A stretch of 64,000 nucleotides of DNA from Bdellovibrionales bacterium (GCA_965261545.1 CBDHDF010000006.1:1-64000); one strand, 5' to 3'. Counted from the stretch's first letter, positions 18,044-28,628 are shown. Notes: generated by a model not told the origin, from the letters alone. Numbers and translations: made by a program.

Positions 18044-18475
18044 CTAGATTTCTTTATATTTCTTTTCAAAGTAACTCATCGCCTCGTTCAACTTTTGAGC
18101 AATCTGTGCTGTGATTTCTCTTTTTGCAGGATCTCTAGCATGCAAATCGGGGTGATAGGCTTTCATAAGCCTTTTGTAAGCAACCCTTATCTCTTCCAAA
18201 GAGGCTCCCGAGCCCACTTCCAAATTGGCACGATACTCGGCCTCGTCCCTAGACATAGAATTTTCTAAATCAGAGGCAGAATCATCCCCCCCTCTTCTCC
18301 CATGATCGCTCTCCCCATGATCATCTACATCGTCTACAGGGGGCGACCCAGAATTCCCTTGACTCTCCTTTTTGCGACCACAGGCATGGTCGACTTTACG
18401 ATCAAGGACATGGTCAACCATGAGGCTTTCCACCTGACTTGAAACAACTCGGCGGAGTCTCTTAAACAAAGACAA
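18044..18475 (-). CDS. J-domain co-chaperone (C-terminal J domain)
   Basis: LEV...ASLEEIRVAYKRLMKAYHPD...LNEA; N-terminal amphipathic helix. Confidence 0.88.
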   Translation of the reverse strand: MSLFKRLRRVVSSQVESLMVDHVLDRKVDHACGRKKESQGNSGSPPVDDVDDHGESDHGRRGGDDSASDLENSMSRDEAEYRANLEVGSGASLEEIRVAYKRLMKAYHPDLHARDPAKREITAQIAQKLNEAMSYFEKKYKEI

Positions 18476-18822
18476 CTCAGATTTTACCCTTAAGGCTTTT
18501 TCCCTTAAACTTAAGATTGGATTGTTTTTTCATAGTACTCCAGAAGATATAGCTCTTTTCGGCAGTTTTTTCAGCAACTTTTTCTTGTGGACCAAGTTGC
18601 GAGATCAGGAAGAACAGTCTAATTGGAAATATTATTTCTTTAACACTTTAGAAGATCAAGGTGTGAAATGGTGCGTGATAATTTTGGGTGGGAACTCAAC
18701 TTCTGTCTAGCATATCCTTAGCATACCTGAAATCTAGTCATAACTGAGGGAATTTGAGGTACACAATGTCTCCCCCATAATATATCTGGACTCAACACCC
18801 TGTTTGGACTACCCTTTCTTCC

Positions 18823-19767
18823 ATGCCTGAAATAAAAATTATCGCCGGCAACTCCAACTTGGTCTTTGCGCAAAAGGTCGCTGAATACGCAGGCATTCCA
18901 TTGGCAAAGGCAAACATCAGCCGCTTTGCTGATGGCGAAATCCAAGTGGAGCTTCTCGAAAGCGTTCGAGGCTGTAACTGCTTTGTCATCCAAAGCACCT
19001 GCCCTCCCGTCAATGAAAACTACATGGAGCTTTTCCTCATTCTCGACTCACTAAAGAGGGCCTCTGCCAACGAAGCCACAGCTGTTCTCCCCTACTATGG
19101 CTATGCACGCCAAGACCGCAAGGCCGCGCCAAGATCCCCCATCAGCGCCAAGGCCGTCGCCCAGTTGGCCCATGTGGCCGGAGCGGATCGACTCGTCGCT
19201 GTGGACCTTCACTCTTCACAAATTCAAGGCTTTTTTGAAGGCCCTGTGGACCACCTCTTTGCCATCCCCTCCTTGGCTGATACCTGGAAAAAAAGCTATG
19301 GCTCTGGAGACGAATTTATTGTGGTTAGCCCCGACTCAGGGGGGGTCGAAAGAACCCGAGCCTTTGCCAAGCGCATCAATGCCTCCATTGCCATTATCGA
19401 CAAGCGCCGAACGGGCCCCAATGAAGCCAAGGCCCTCCACCTCGTCGGCGATGTTCGAGGCAAAACAGCCATCGTTGTGGATGACATGATCGATACCGCA
19501 GGAACTCTCACCCAAGCCGTGTCCAATCTCCTCAATAATGGTGCTAAAAGAGTCTTTGCCATGGCCACCCACCCCGTGCTTTCCGAACCTGCCATCTCTC
19601 GGCTTATTGAGAGCCCTGTAGAAAGAGTTTGCGTCACAGACACCATCCCTCTCGCTCCCGCAGCCCAAGCCAGTGAAAAATTTGAGGTTATTTCAATGGC
19701 CCCCGTGGTCGCCGAGGCTATTCAAAGAATCAATCGCCACGACTCCATCAGTGCCCTTTTTACTTAA
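18823..19767 (+). CDS. prs: Ribose-phosphate pyrophosphokinase
   Basis: FADGEI, YGYARQDRK, VSPDSGG, VDDMIDTAGT. Confidence 0.98.
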   Translation: MPEIKIIAGNSNLVFAQKVAEYAGIPLAKANISRFADGEIQVELLESVRGCNCFVIQSTCPPVNENYMELFLILDSLKRASANEATAVLPYYGYARQDRKAAPRSPISAKAVAQLAHVAGADRLVAVDLHSSQIQGFFEGPVDHLFAIPSLADTWKKSYGSGDEFIVVSPDSGGVERTRAFAKRINASIAIIDKRRTGPNEAKALHLVGDVRGKTAIVVDDMIDTAGTLTQAVSNLLNNGAKRVFAMATHPVLSEPAISRLIESPVERVCVTDTIPLAPAAQASEKFEVISMAPVVAEAIQRINRHDSISALFT

Positions 19768-20019
19768 CTTGAGCCACTGACTTAGCCGCCCCGACTCAGC
19801 TAGCTACTCCTCTAGGTACATTTCAAGTGCCACTCAGGCAAATGCCCTTCAAATGCCACTTAAACAATGCCTTTTCCCTCATGCCATTTTCCCTTGACAT
19901 CAAACCCCATCATATTTATGGCTTAAAGTGCTTAAAGTATTTAAGGAATTAGGAAAGTAGGGAATTTAGGAACGCAGGGAACTAAGAACAAAAAGAAAAA
20001 TCAAAAAAAGGAAAAAGCA

Positions 20020-20694
20020 ATGTCCACTCAAACAACCCAAACAGCCCACGAAGAAATTGAAATTAAAGCGATTCTCCGCACGCCCGGCAAGAGAGTCTCT
20101 CGCTCCATGCGTTCCCAAAAGCTTATTCCATCCGTGGTTTATGGGCCCAAAGTTGATAGTCACTATTTTGCCATCACAGAGCTTGAAGCCACTCGCTATT
20201 CCGCCCGAGCTTTTGACAATTCCATCTTTATTCTTAAATCTGAAGACACCAAACTCAATGGAATGCGTGTTCTTAAAAAAAATATCTCGATCCACCCCGT
20301 TCACCGGCAACCCACTCATTTCGACTTCTATGCCCCCGATATGACCCAAACGGTCAAGGTTGCCGTGGAAATCAACTACGAAGGCAGGTCCCGTGGAGAG
20401 AAAAATGGAGGCATTTTTCAGGCCCTACGCCGCGATGTGGAGGTCGAGTGCTTGCCCACGGATATCCCCTCCTCACTAACCGTGAACATTGAACCCATGG
20501 AACTGGGAGATGTTCTCCACGTTTCACATATCACCCCCCCCCACCAAGGAATCAAAATTCTCACGCCTCCGGAGGAACCTATGGCCTCTGTTGTAGCCGC
20601 CAAAAAAGAGGCAGAAGCCCCCCCCGCCAGCTCAACCAGTGCAAATGCTGCCCCCAGTGGCACAGCCGCCCCCAGTTCCGAAGAAAAGAAGTAA
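20020..20694 (+). CDS. rplY: 50S ribosomal protein L25/Ctc
   Basis: IPSVVYG, HFDFY, VECLPTDIP; conserved prs-rplY-pth synteny. Confidence 0.95.
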   Translation: MSTQTTQTAHEEIEIKAILRTPGKRVSRSMRSQKLIPSVVYGPKVDSHYFAITELEATRYSARAFDNSIFILKSEDTKLNGMRVLKKNISIHPVHRQPTHFDFYAPDMTQTVKVAVEINYEGRSRGEKNGGIFQALRRDVEVECLPTDIPSSLTVNIEPMELGDVLHVSHITPPHQGIKILTPPEEPMASVVAAKKEAEAPPASSTSANAAPSGTAAPSSEEKK

Positions 20695-20697
20695 GCT

Positions 20698-21333
20698 TTG
20701 TACCTTATTGTTGGACTTGGCAACCCCGGAAACAAATACTTAATGACACGTCACAATATTGGTTTCACCGTCATTGATGGCATATGCCATCACCTTTTCC
20801 ATGACAGTTCTTCTTCTAGCAGTGCCCCTAGTCATTTCCGTGGGAACCTCCATAGTGGTTCCCATAGCAATTTTAAAAAAGAGCATCAAGCTGAAACTAA
20901 ACCATTGAGAATTCACTCCGAACCCACACTCCTCGCCAAACCCCAAACGCTTATGAATCTATCTGGGAAGTCAGTGGGCGCCCTTATCCGCTACTACCAA
21001 GTGCAACTCTCCAAATTGCTCGTCATCCATGACGAAATTGATCTCCCTTTCGGCACCATGAAGTACCAAAAAAACCGAGGCCATGGAGGTCACAACGGAA
21101 TTCGCCATATTCACCAGTGCCTAGGTACCAATGAATACCACCGCCTCAAAGTGGGAGTCGGACGCCCCAGCAACGATAAGTTGGATGTCACAGACTTTGT
21201 CCTTCAAAACTTCTCAAAAGAAGAGCTAAAAGAACTCCCCATCTTTTTAAACTCTATTATTGAAAGTGTTTTGCACTTTATTGAGAAAGGTTTTGCCTCA
21301 GCCGCCAACCAATATAACCAAAGGAGCCAGTGA
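20698..21333 (+). CDS. pth: Peptidyl-tRNA hydrolase
   Basis: LIVGLGNPG, TRHNIGF, KPQTLMNLSG, HDEIDL, GGHNG. Confidence 0.97.
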   Translation: MYLIVGLGNPGNKYLMTRHNIGFTVIDGICHHLFHDSSSSSSAPSHFRGNLHSGSHSNFKKEHQAETKPLRIHSEPTLLAKPQTLMNLSGKSVGALIRYYQVQLSKLLVIHDEIDLPFGTMKYQKNRGHGGHNGIRHIHQCLGTNEYHRLKVGVGRPSNDKLDVTDFVLQNFSKEELKELPIFLNSIIESVLHFIEKGFASAANQYNQRSQ

Positions 21334-21334
21334 A

Positions 21335-22417
21335 ATGGGACTTCAATGTGGCATTGTTGGCCTCCCCAATGTGGGAAAGAGCACTCTCTTTAATGCCCTT
21401 ACTCAAGGTCAAGCCGAGTCGGCCAACTACCCTTTTTGCACCATTGACCCCAATGTGGGTATGGTGACGGTACCCGACCCACGCCTTCAAAAAATATCTG
21501 AATTTATAAATCCACAAAAACAAATTCCCACCACCATGGAATTCGTAGATATTGCGGGCCTTGTCGCAGGAGCTAGCCAAGGTGAAGGGCTGGGCAACGA
21601 ATTTCTTGCCCATATTCGTGAGACCGATGCGATTATTCATGTTGTACGATGTTTTGAGGACAACAATGTGACCCATGTGAATGGCGACGTTGACCCTCTT
21701 CGAGATATTGACATCATTCATACAGAGTTGATGTTGGCCGATCTTGAAACCACTGAGAAAAGACTGAAGAGGGTTGAGAAAATGGCCTCCACCGATAAGA
21801 GCCAACGACCAGAACTCCACCTCATGGAAAAGCTGACCCAAGCCCTTTCAGATGGAAAACCAGCCTACTCTGTCAGTGTGGAGAAAAATGAACGACTCAT
21901 TCTACAAAGCCTCCATCTTCTAACCACGAAACCCGTTCTCTACGTCTGCAATACCAGCGAAAACCTGTCCCAGGAGTGGGTGGAACTTGTCAGAGAGAGG
22001 GCTTCCAAGGAGGGGCATAAATGCCTCCCCATTTGCAGCTCCATAGAAGCAGAAATTGCGCAGCTTGAGAAGGGCGAGCAAGTGGAGTTCCTGGAGTCCA
22101 TGGGCATGAATGAGCCTGGCCTTCATCGACTTATTTCCGAGTCCTATAAACTTCTCAATCTCATCACTTACTTTACAGCTGGTGAAAAGGAAGTTCGAGC
22201 CTGGACCATACCAAAGGGAATCCAGGCCCCTCAAGCTGCGGGAGTCATTCATACAGACTTTGAAAAGGGCTTTATACGGGCAGAGACCTTTCACTGTGAA
22301 GACCTTTTTGAACTCAAAAGTGAAACCGCCGTCAGAAGTGCTGGAAAACTTCGCTCCGAAGGAAAAGGCTATATTGTTCGAGATGGTGATATCATGCTTT
22401 TTCGCTTTAATACCTAA
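21335..22417 (+). CDS. ychF: Redox-regulated ATPase YchF
   Basis: GIVGLPNVGKSTLFN, NYPFCTIDPN, HTDFEKGFIRAE; ATG 21335 after AAGGAG. Confidence 0.98.
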   Translation: MGLQCGIVGLPNVGKSTLFNALTQGQAESANYPFCTIDPNVGMVTVPDPRLQKISEFINPQKQIPTTMEFVDIAGLVAGASQGEGLGNEFLAHIRETDAIIHVVRCFEDNNVTHVNGDVDPLRDIDIIHTELMLADLETTEKRLKRVEKMASTDKSQRPELHLMEKLTQALSDGKPAYSVSVEKNERLILQSLHLLTTKPVLYVCNTSENLSQEWVELVRERASKEGHKCLPICSSIEAEIAQLEKGEQVEFLESMGMNEPGLHRLISESYKLLNLITYFTAGEKEVRAWTIPKGIQAPQAAGVIHTDFEKGFIRAETFHCEDLFELKSETAVRSAGKLRSEGKGYIVRDGDIMLFRFNT

Positions 22418-22627
22418 CCTCAGTTTCGAAGTTTTCAATACTAAAGACTAGATTCTTCAGTTTTTTCAATGTGGATATAATCCACCCACAAATGAGCGAG
22501 GCCGTGTGAGTTCTGCCGATGTCATGGAGCATCGTATTGGGTCATAAGTAAACAATACCCAAAGATGGATTTCTATATATATCTTCATCTTCTTGAGATT
22601 TTTTTCCATTCTTCCGATAATTTTTTT

Positions 22628-23944
22628 ATGCCTGATGGAAAAGTTGTGCCCATGCGTAGATCTTTCTCAAAAGGGGACCTCATTTTCCGTCAAGGAGATG
22701 AAGGTCTCTGTGCCTATATTATTGAGCAAGGGCGTGTCGAAATATTTGTGGAAGATGATGATTCAGATGGCCCTGAAACCATTATTTCTCGGCTCAGCAA
22801 GGGTGAAATCTTTGGTGAAATGGCTATTATTGATACCAGTCAACGCATTGCCTCTGCGCGAGCCCTTGAAGACTGCCGCCTCTCCCTTGTTTCACAGGAT
22901 CAATTGAGTTCACGGCTTGAGGAGGCTGATGCCGTTATAAGGCTTTTGGTCAATATACTTCTCAAAAGGCTTCGCATGGGCCTTAACAAAAAAAATGCTG
23001 GCAAAAACAGCCTTAAAGGACTTGAACAAAGCAAGCTTCATAGAAAGCAACGCCACGAGTACAAAGTCGCCATTGAAAGAATTCGATTTGAACGCGAACT
23101 CGAAGATGCTTTTCAAAACAATGAACTTTCTGTGCAATATCAACCTATTATTAGAATGCTGTCTCATCAAGTTGAGGGATTTGAGGCCCTTATTCGCTGG
23201 AAAAGCCCCACAAAAGGTACCATGCGCCCAGATATTTTTATGGGTGTCGCTGAGGAAGGAACTCTTATTATTCCCATTGGAAGATGGATTTTACAAAAGG
23301 CCATCGAAGACCTGGATAAAATCAATGCCGTAACCCACCACAAACCCTTTATGGCCATCAATGTCTCTGGAAAACAGATAGAAGAAGATCCCCAGTTTTT
23401 TGATATACTTTGTAACTGTCTCAAAAAGACCAGCTGTGAGACTAGCCAAATCAAACTTGAAATCACAGAGAGAATTCTTGTGGAGGGACAAAGGGTGACT
23501 GATTGGATCCGTCGCTGTCAAAATATGGGTGTGACAGTGGCCCTTGACGACTTTGGAACAGGCTACTCCAACTTAGGGTCTCTCACTCAACTCAAAGTGG
23601 ACAATTTCAAAATTGACAAGTCATTTGTAGATCAACTCAGCTACAAAAAAGCCAGCCTCGTCGTGGTTCGGGGACTTATAGACATTGCAAGGGGCTTAAA
23701 TATTCCCGTGGTCGCAGAAGGTATCGAAACCAAGGAGCAAGAGCAACTACTTGCAGCCATGGGCTGTACCTATGGTCAAGGTTATATCTACGCCAGACCT
23801 TTAGATTTAGATCGAGCTATTGAGTTTTGCAATAGGCAGTTATGCAATGAAAATGAAAGTCATGGAAGTGAGGATGGTGAAAGTGAAGGTACAAATGAAC
23901 ATGAAAAAGAAAACTCTAAAAAAAAAGTTATCCAAGTAGCATAG
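22628..23944 (+). CDS. cNMP-binding + EAL c-di-GMP phosphodiesterase
   Basis: FGEMA...RIASA cNMP motif; EALIRW, LEITE, DDFGTGYS, KID, VAEGIE, QGY; start uncertain. Confidence 0.93.
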   Translation: MPDGKVVPMRRSFSKGDLIFRQGDEGLCAYIIEQGRVEIFVEDDDSDGPETIISRLSKGEIFGEMAIIDTSQRIASARALEDCRLSLVSQDQLSSRLEEADAVIRLLVNILLKRLRMGLNKKNAGKNSLKGLEQSKLHRKQRHEYKVAIERIRFERELEDAFQNNELSVQYQPIIRMLSHQVEGFEALIRWKSPTKGTMRPDIFMGVAEEGTLIIPIGRWILQKAIEDLDKINAVTHHKPFMAINVSGKQIEEDPQFFDILCNCLKKTSCETSQIKLEITERILVEGQRVTDWIRRCQNMGVTVALDDFGTGYSNLGSLTQLKVDNFKIDKSFVDQLSYKKASLVVVRGLIDIARGLNIPVVAEGIETKEQEQLLAAMGCTYGQGYIYARPLDLDRAIEFCNRQLCNENESHGSEDGESEGTNEHEKENSKKKVIQVA

Positions 23945-24067
23945 CCTAATCCATCTAATCTAAACTGGAAGGCCATAGAGGGCACATTCGACCAGAACAA
24001 GGTCGACATCTCGATCTTTTTCATTTTTAGAAATCCCTAAAGCTCTCAATAGCCTCACAAACTCCAC

Positions 24068-27000
24068 CTAAAATACCGATAGCCTCTTTCTCTCCTCCAA
24101 GTAGGAGTAAGTGACAGGAACCACAAATAGCGTCACCACACTAACAAGCATACCCCCCAATGTGGGAATGGCCATGGGTTTCATCACTTCACTCCCCGCC
24201 CCTGTGGACCACATGACAGGAACTAAGGCCACCACTGTTGTCATTGTGGTCATGACAAGGGGGCGGACCCTCCTCACTCCCACCTCCAAAATACATTCCT
24301 TCAGCTGCTCCCAATTTTGAGGGTCACGCTTTCCTATGGTTTTCTGCAAGTAAGTCATCATCACCACACCATCGTCGACAACAATACCAAACAAAGCGAT
24401 AAATCCCACCCACACCGCCACGGAAGTATGAAATCCCCCTAGCCACAGTAAAATGATACCCCCTGCAAAAGCCACAGGCACCGCACTTAAAACCACAGCC
24501 GCATTTCTCAAATTTTTCAACCCCCAATAAAGTAAAAGCAGGTTGATGAGTAAGGCCATGGGAACCAATATTTGAAGGCGTTTGGACGATCGTACCTGGC
24601 TTTCGTATTGACCCGACCAAACGATAGAATACCCAGGAGGAAACTCCAAAACTTGATCCAAGTGCCTCTTGGCCTCTTTCACAAAGCCCATAAGATCCCT
24701 CCCTCGCACATTAAACAAAACGAGAGAACGAGGTATCCCATTTTCCGAATGAAGGGCCGAGGGACCTGTCACAACTCGAATCTCCGCCAATTGCTCCAGA
24801 GGAATATGATGCCCCAAAGGACTTGGAACCAAAACTTGCTTAAGATTATCCACCCGATCCCGTAACTCCTTTTTATAGCGCACCCTTATGGAATACCTCT
24901 TTCTACCATCGTAAAATTGCCCAATGGCCATCCCCCCCACAGCTGTTTGAAGAATTTGCTGAACTGTTTTCGCATGGATTCCATACCGACTCAAAGCCAC
25001 TCGATCCATATCAAACTCAATATAGGGTTTTGAATCCACTCTTTCTACATAAACCCCATGGGCCCCTTGAACCTTGGCGACCTCTCGGCCTACCTTAGAT
25101 GCCAACACCTCCAATGTTTTGATATCTTCTCCAAAAATCTTAATTCCTATTTGAGTTTTAATCCCCGTGGAAATCATGGAAACTCTATTCTCAATGGGAA
25201 ATAGCCAAGCATTCACAAGACCTGGTATTTGCATTCTTTGATCCAAATCATCCATAATATCATAAATAGAAACTCCTGAGGGCCATTCTTTTTCAGGCAC
25301 AAGTTTCACAATGGTCTCAAACATAGAAATAGGTGCTGGATCAAGAGGAGTGTCAGCACGCCCCAATTTTCCCACAGCCTCTCTGACAAGGGGATGTTTT
25401 CTTAATTCTTTGTTGGTATAGGCCAAAAGCTCTCTGGCCTTGGTCATACTTACATCTGAAGTCGTCACAGGCATATAAAGAATCTCCCCCTCATTGAGAG
25501 AGGGCATAAATTCTGACCCCATTTTCAAAAAGCCCCACAGAGCTAAGAGCAATAAAAAAAGAGGAGCCATGAGAGTCACTTTTCGATGATCCAAGGCCCA
25601 ACCAAGGGCTCTTTTATAAATTTTCGTTAGGAAGTGGCTCACTTTATTCATTTCCATAGGTTTCAGCTTCCCTCGCAAAAGGTAAACGGAGAGAGCAGGT
25701 ACGAGAACAATAGCCACCAATGCGGCTCCCAGCATAGCCAAAGTCTTCGACCAAGCAAGGGGGCTAAAAAGCTTCCCCTCACTCCCTTCAAGAGCAAAGA
25801 CAGGTAAGAAAGTTATCAGGGTTGTAGCCACAGCCGTAAAAATAGCAGGAGCCACCTCTTGTCCGGCCTTAATAATCACCTGAATTCTCTTTTGAGCAGA
25901 GGACCGAGAACCTGAAAGGTGAGAGTAAATATTCTCCGTCATAATAATACCCATATCCACCATTGATCCGATGGCAATAACAAGGCCAGATAAACTCATA
26001 ACATTGGAGTCCACTCCAAAAAATTTCATCAAAGTAAAACTGATTCCCACCCCAAGAGGAAGTGTCAAGGCCACAAGAATGGAAGAGCGAAAATGAAGAA
26101 GAAAAAGGAAAATCACCACCACAGTCACAATGATCTCTTCACTGAGAGCCCGATACACTGTCCCTATGGTTCTCTCAATCACCTCCGTGCGATCATAAAA
26201 AGGAACCAACTGAACACCCTGAGGCAAACCTTTCTTCACAACCTCCAGTCTTTCTTTGAGATTCTCCATGACTTCCTTGGGATTTTCCCCAAAGCGCATG
26301 GTCACCACACCTCCCACCGACTCCATGCCATTTTTATTCAAAGCCCCCCGGCGAAATGCGGGGCCATAACCCACATGGGCCACATCCATCACTCTTATGG
26401 GAGATTTATTTTTCACAGCAATGACAACATTTTCAATATCTTCCAGGGATCGAAAAAAGCCCTTTCCACGCACAATAAACTCTCGATCTCCCTCCTCAAT
26501 GACCTCGGCCCCCACATCCATATTGCTATTTTGAATAGAACGAACGAGATCACTAAAATGAACGTCGTAGGCAAAAAGTTTATTGGGGTCCACGTCCACC
26601 TGATATTCCTTTATAAATCCCCCGATCCCTGCCACTTCACTCACACCTTCCACGCCTTGGAGAAGGTAGCGAACATAAAAGTCTTGAAGAGATCTCAACT
26701 CAGATAAAGACTGGGGCTTCAAAGCTCCCTCTTTATTTTCTAAGGTGTACCAGAAAATCTGACCCAATCCCGTGGAATCAGGCCCCATACGAGACGTTGC
26801 TCCTGGAGGTAAGTCCCTTTGACTTGTGGAGAGTTTTTCTAAAATACGACTCCGACTCCAGTAAAAGTCAATGTCGTCTTTAAAAATGATATAAATCACT
26901 GAAAAACCAAAAGCCGAAGTGCCTCGTAAACTTTTTACCCCCGGTATACCTTGAAGCAGAGTGCTCAAAGGGTAGGTCACCTGCTCTTCAATATCTTTGG

Positions 27001-27172
27001 GGGACCGACCTGGCCACTCAGTAAAAACAATTTGTTGATTTTCTCCAATATCTGGAATGGCATCGATCCGTGCCGTTTTTAAACTAAAAATAGAGAGACA
27101 ACATAAGAAGATAAAACCAAAAACAACCATGATTCGATTTTTTATGGAAAATTCAACCAATTTTTGAATCAT
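24068..27172 (-). CDS. cusA: Heavy-metal RND permease, CusA/SilA family
   Basis: DAIPDIGENQ, GSEFMPSLNEG, RVSMISTG, RVRPLVMT, GSEVMKPMA. Confidence 0.95.
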   Translation of the reverse strand: MIQKLVEFSIKNRIMVVFGFIFLCCLSIFSLKTARIDAIPDIGENQQIVFTEWPGRSPKDIEEQVTYPLSTLLQGIPGVKSLRGTSAFGFSVIYIIFKDDIDFYWSRSRILEKLSTSQRDLPPGATSRMGPDSTGLGQIFWYTLENKEGALKPQSLSELRSLQDFYVRYLLQGVEGVSEVAGIGGFIKEYQVDVDPNKLFAYDVHFSDLVRSIQNSNMDVGAEVIEEGDREFIVRGKGFFRSLEDIENVVIAVKNKSPIRVMDVAHVGYGPAFRRGALNKNGMESVGGVVTMRFGENPKEVMENLKERLEVVKKGLPQGVQLVPFYDRTEVIERTIGTVYRALSEEIIVTVVVIFLFLLHFRSSILVALTLPLGVGISFTLMKFFGVDSNVMSLSGLVIAIGSMVDMGIIMTENIYSHLSGSRSSAQKRIQVIIKAGQEVAPAIFTAVATTLITFLPVFALEGSEGKLFSPLAWSKTLAMLGAALVAIVLVPALSVYLLRGKLKPMEMNKVSHFLTKIYKRALGWALDHRKVTLMAPLFLLLLALWGFLKMGSEFMPSLNEGEILYMPVTTSDVSMTKARELLAYTNKELRKHPLVREAVGKLGRADTPLDPAPISMFETIVKLVPEKEWPSGVSIYDIMDDLDQRMQIPGLVNAWLFPIENRVSMISTGIKTQIGIKIFGEDIKTLEVLASKVGREVAKVQGAHGVYVERVDSKPYIEFDMDRVALSRYGIHAKTVQQILQTAVGGMAIGQFYDGRKRYSIRVRYKKELRDRVDNLKQVLVPSPLGHHIPLEQLAEIRVVTGPSALHSENGIPRSLVLFNVRGRDLMGFVKEAKRHLDQVLEFPPGYSIVWSGQYESQVRSSKRLQILVPMALLINLLLLYWGLKNLRNAAVVLSAVPVAFAGGIILLWLGGFHTSVAVWVGFIALFGIVVDDGVVMMTYLQKTIGKRDPQNWEQLKECILEVGVRRVRPLVMTTMTTVVALVPVMWSTGAGSEVMKPMAIPTLGGMLVSVVTLFVVPVTYSYLEERKRLSVF

Positions 27173-27191
27173 ACAGTTTTTTTCCTTCCCA

Positions 27192-28628
27192 TCATTTCAT
27201 ATCTTCATATCCACCGAATAATTGTGCCTGAGCATCTAAAAGAAAATTGCCTTCAATCACAACTTCTTCCCCCTCTTTGAGACCTTTCTTGACTTCCACA
27301 TAGCCCTCGGACTCATAGCCTGTATCAATGACTTTGGCATGAAATTTTTTGGTACGTGATTTTTTGGTACGTGATTCTTGAGAAGACGCCCTCATCCAAA
27401 CCACTTTTCTCCTCCCCGTATCTATCACCGCAGAACGAGGAACCACCAAAGGCTCCCCCGGAATACTCACAGACAATGTAACATCAGCCACCATACCTGG
27501 CTTTAACCTACCAAGACTGTTGTCCACAGTGACCCTCACCTTAAGCGTTCTTGATTTTTCATCGATAACAGGGCTGATAAAATCAACATGCCCCTCCACC
27601 CCTTCTCCTGGCAAAGCTGTAAATTCCATCTCAACTTGCTGACCCATTTGAACCAAAGATGAATCATGCTCATAAATATCCATTTCAACCCAAACATCTT
27701 TTAAATTAGATAGCTCAAAAAAAATCTCTCCCTCTTTAAAGTACTTCCCCACCCTCGCCTGCCTCTGTTTAACAACTCCCGTCGATAGAGAGTAGATTGT
27801 AATATTCTTAGGAATTTTTTTTCTCTCATGCCATTTTTCAAATTGAGATCTCCGCACCCCCCAAAGACGAAGTCTATCCTCACTTTGCTTAACCATGTCC
27901 CTAAATTCTTTATTCTTTATATCAGATTCATAGCTTTTCTTAGCTAATAAGTACTCTTCTCCTGCTGTAATAAGGGGAGGGCTATAAAAATCGACAATGG
28001 GGTCCCCTTTTTTTACAAAACTTCCCGTGGACCTGACATAAACCTTCTCCACTCTTCCACGTACCCTGGCTGTGATATGACTTTCTTTTTCTTCAGAGGG
28101 AAAAACCAAACCCAAAAGTCTCACCTTTTTTGTCATCTTCATTCTGGGAACAGGAAAGAACTCTGGGTTAAAATGATTCAGCTGAGACTTCCTCAATTTA
28201 ACCCTAGCGATGACTTTTGAGGCTTTACCCTTGGCTGATGAGATTCGAAACTTGGCTGAGGTTCCCACCTTGCCTGAAGCCTCGGCTCCATAGGAAGTAC
28301 CAACGCTATCCATGCCATTCAAGCTATCCATGCTATCTATGCTACCAGCGTGACGATGGTCTTCCATGGGAATCTCCACCCGAACAAGATTCATGTGACA
28401 AATGGGACACTTTCCCTTCTCTTTTTCTCTCACCTGAGGGTGCATTGAACAAGTATAGTAAGTCACGCTTTGCTCTTCTTCTCCCCCATGGAAAGCAGAT
28501 ATGGATGTAGAAGATGTGAGAGAAGATTCTATAGATTTTTTGTAGCAAGAAACCACAGTCAAGCAAGCTAGCGGAGCGACAAATAAGCAAAAAAAATCTT
28601 TAAGATATCTTTTTATAACTATTCTCAT
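27192..28628 (-). CDS. cusB: RND membrane-fusion protein, CusB-like
   Basis: Heavy-metal-binding motif YTCSMHP...GKCPICHMNL; MFP motifs YSPPL and LKPGM. Confidence 0.9.
   Translation of the reverse strand: MRIVIKRYLKDFFCLFVAPLACLTVVSCYKKSIESSLTSSTSISAFHGGEEEQSVTYYTCSMHPQVREKEKGKCPICHMNLVRVEIPMEDHRHAGSIDSMDSLNGMDSVGTSYGAEASGKVGTSAKFRISSAKGKASKVIARVKLRKSQLNHFNPEFFPVPRMKMTKKVRLLGLVFPSEEKESHITARVRGRVEKVYVRSTGSFVKKGDPIVDFYSPPLITAGEEYLLAKKSYESDIKNKEFRDMVKQSEDRLRLWGVRRSQFEKWHERKKIPKNITIYSLSTGVVKQRQARVGKYFKEGEIFFELSNLKDVWVEMDIYEHDSSLVQMGQQVEMEFTALPGEGVEGHVDFISPVIDEKSRTLKVRVTVDNSLGRLKPGMVADVTLSVSIPGEPLVVPRSAVIDTGRRKVVWMRASSQESRTKKSRTKKFHAKVIDTGYESEGYVEVKKGLKEGEEVVIEGNFLLDAQAQLFGGYEDMK

Noticed and set aside
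18476..18822. tRNA-Gln commonly found upstream of prs; short ORFs at 18522 and 18718
   Set aside because: No cloverleaf or T-loop motif; the ORFs lack recognisable features, and this is likely a divergent promoter region
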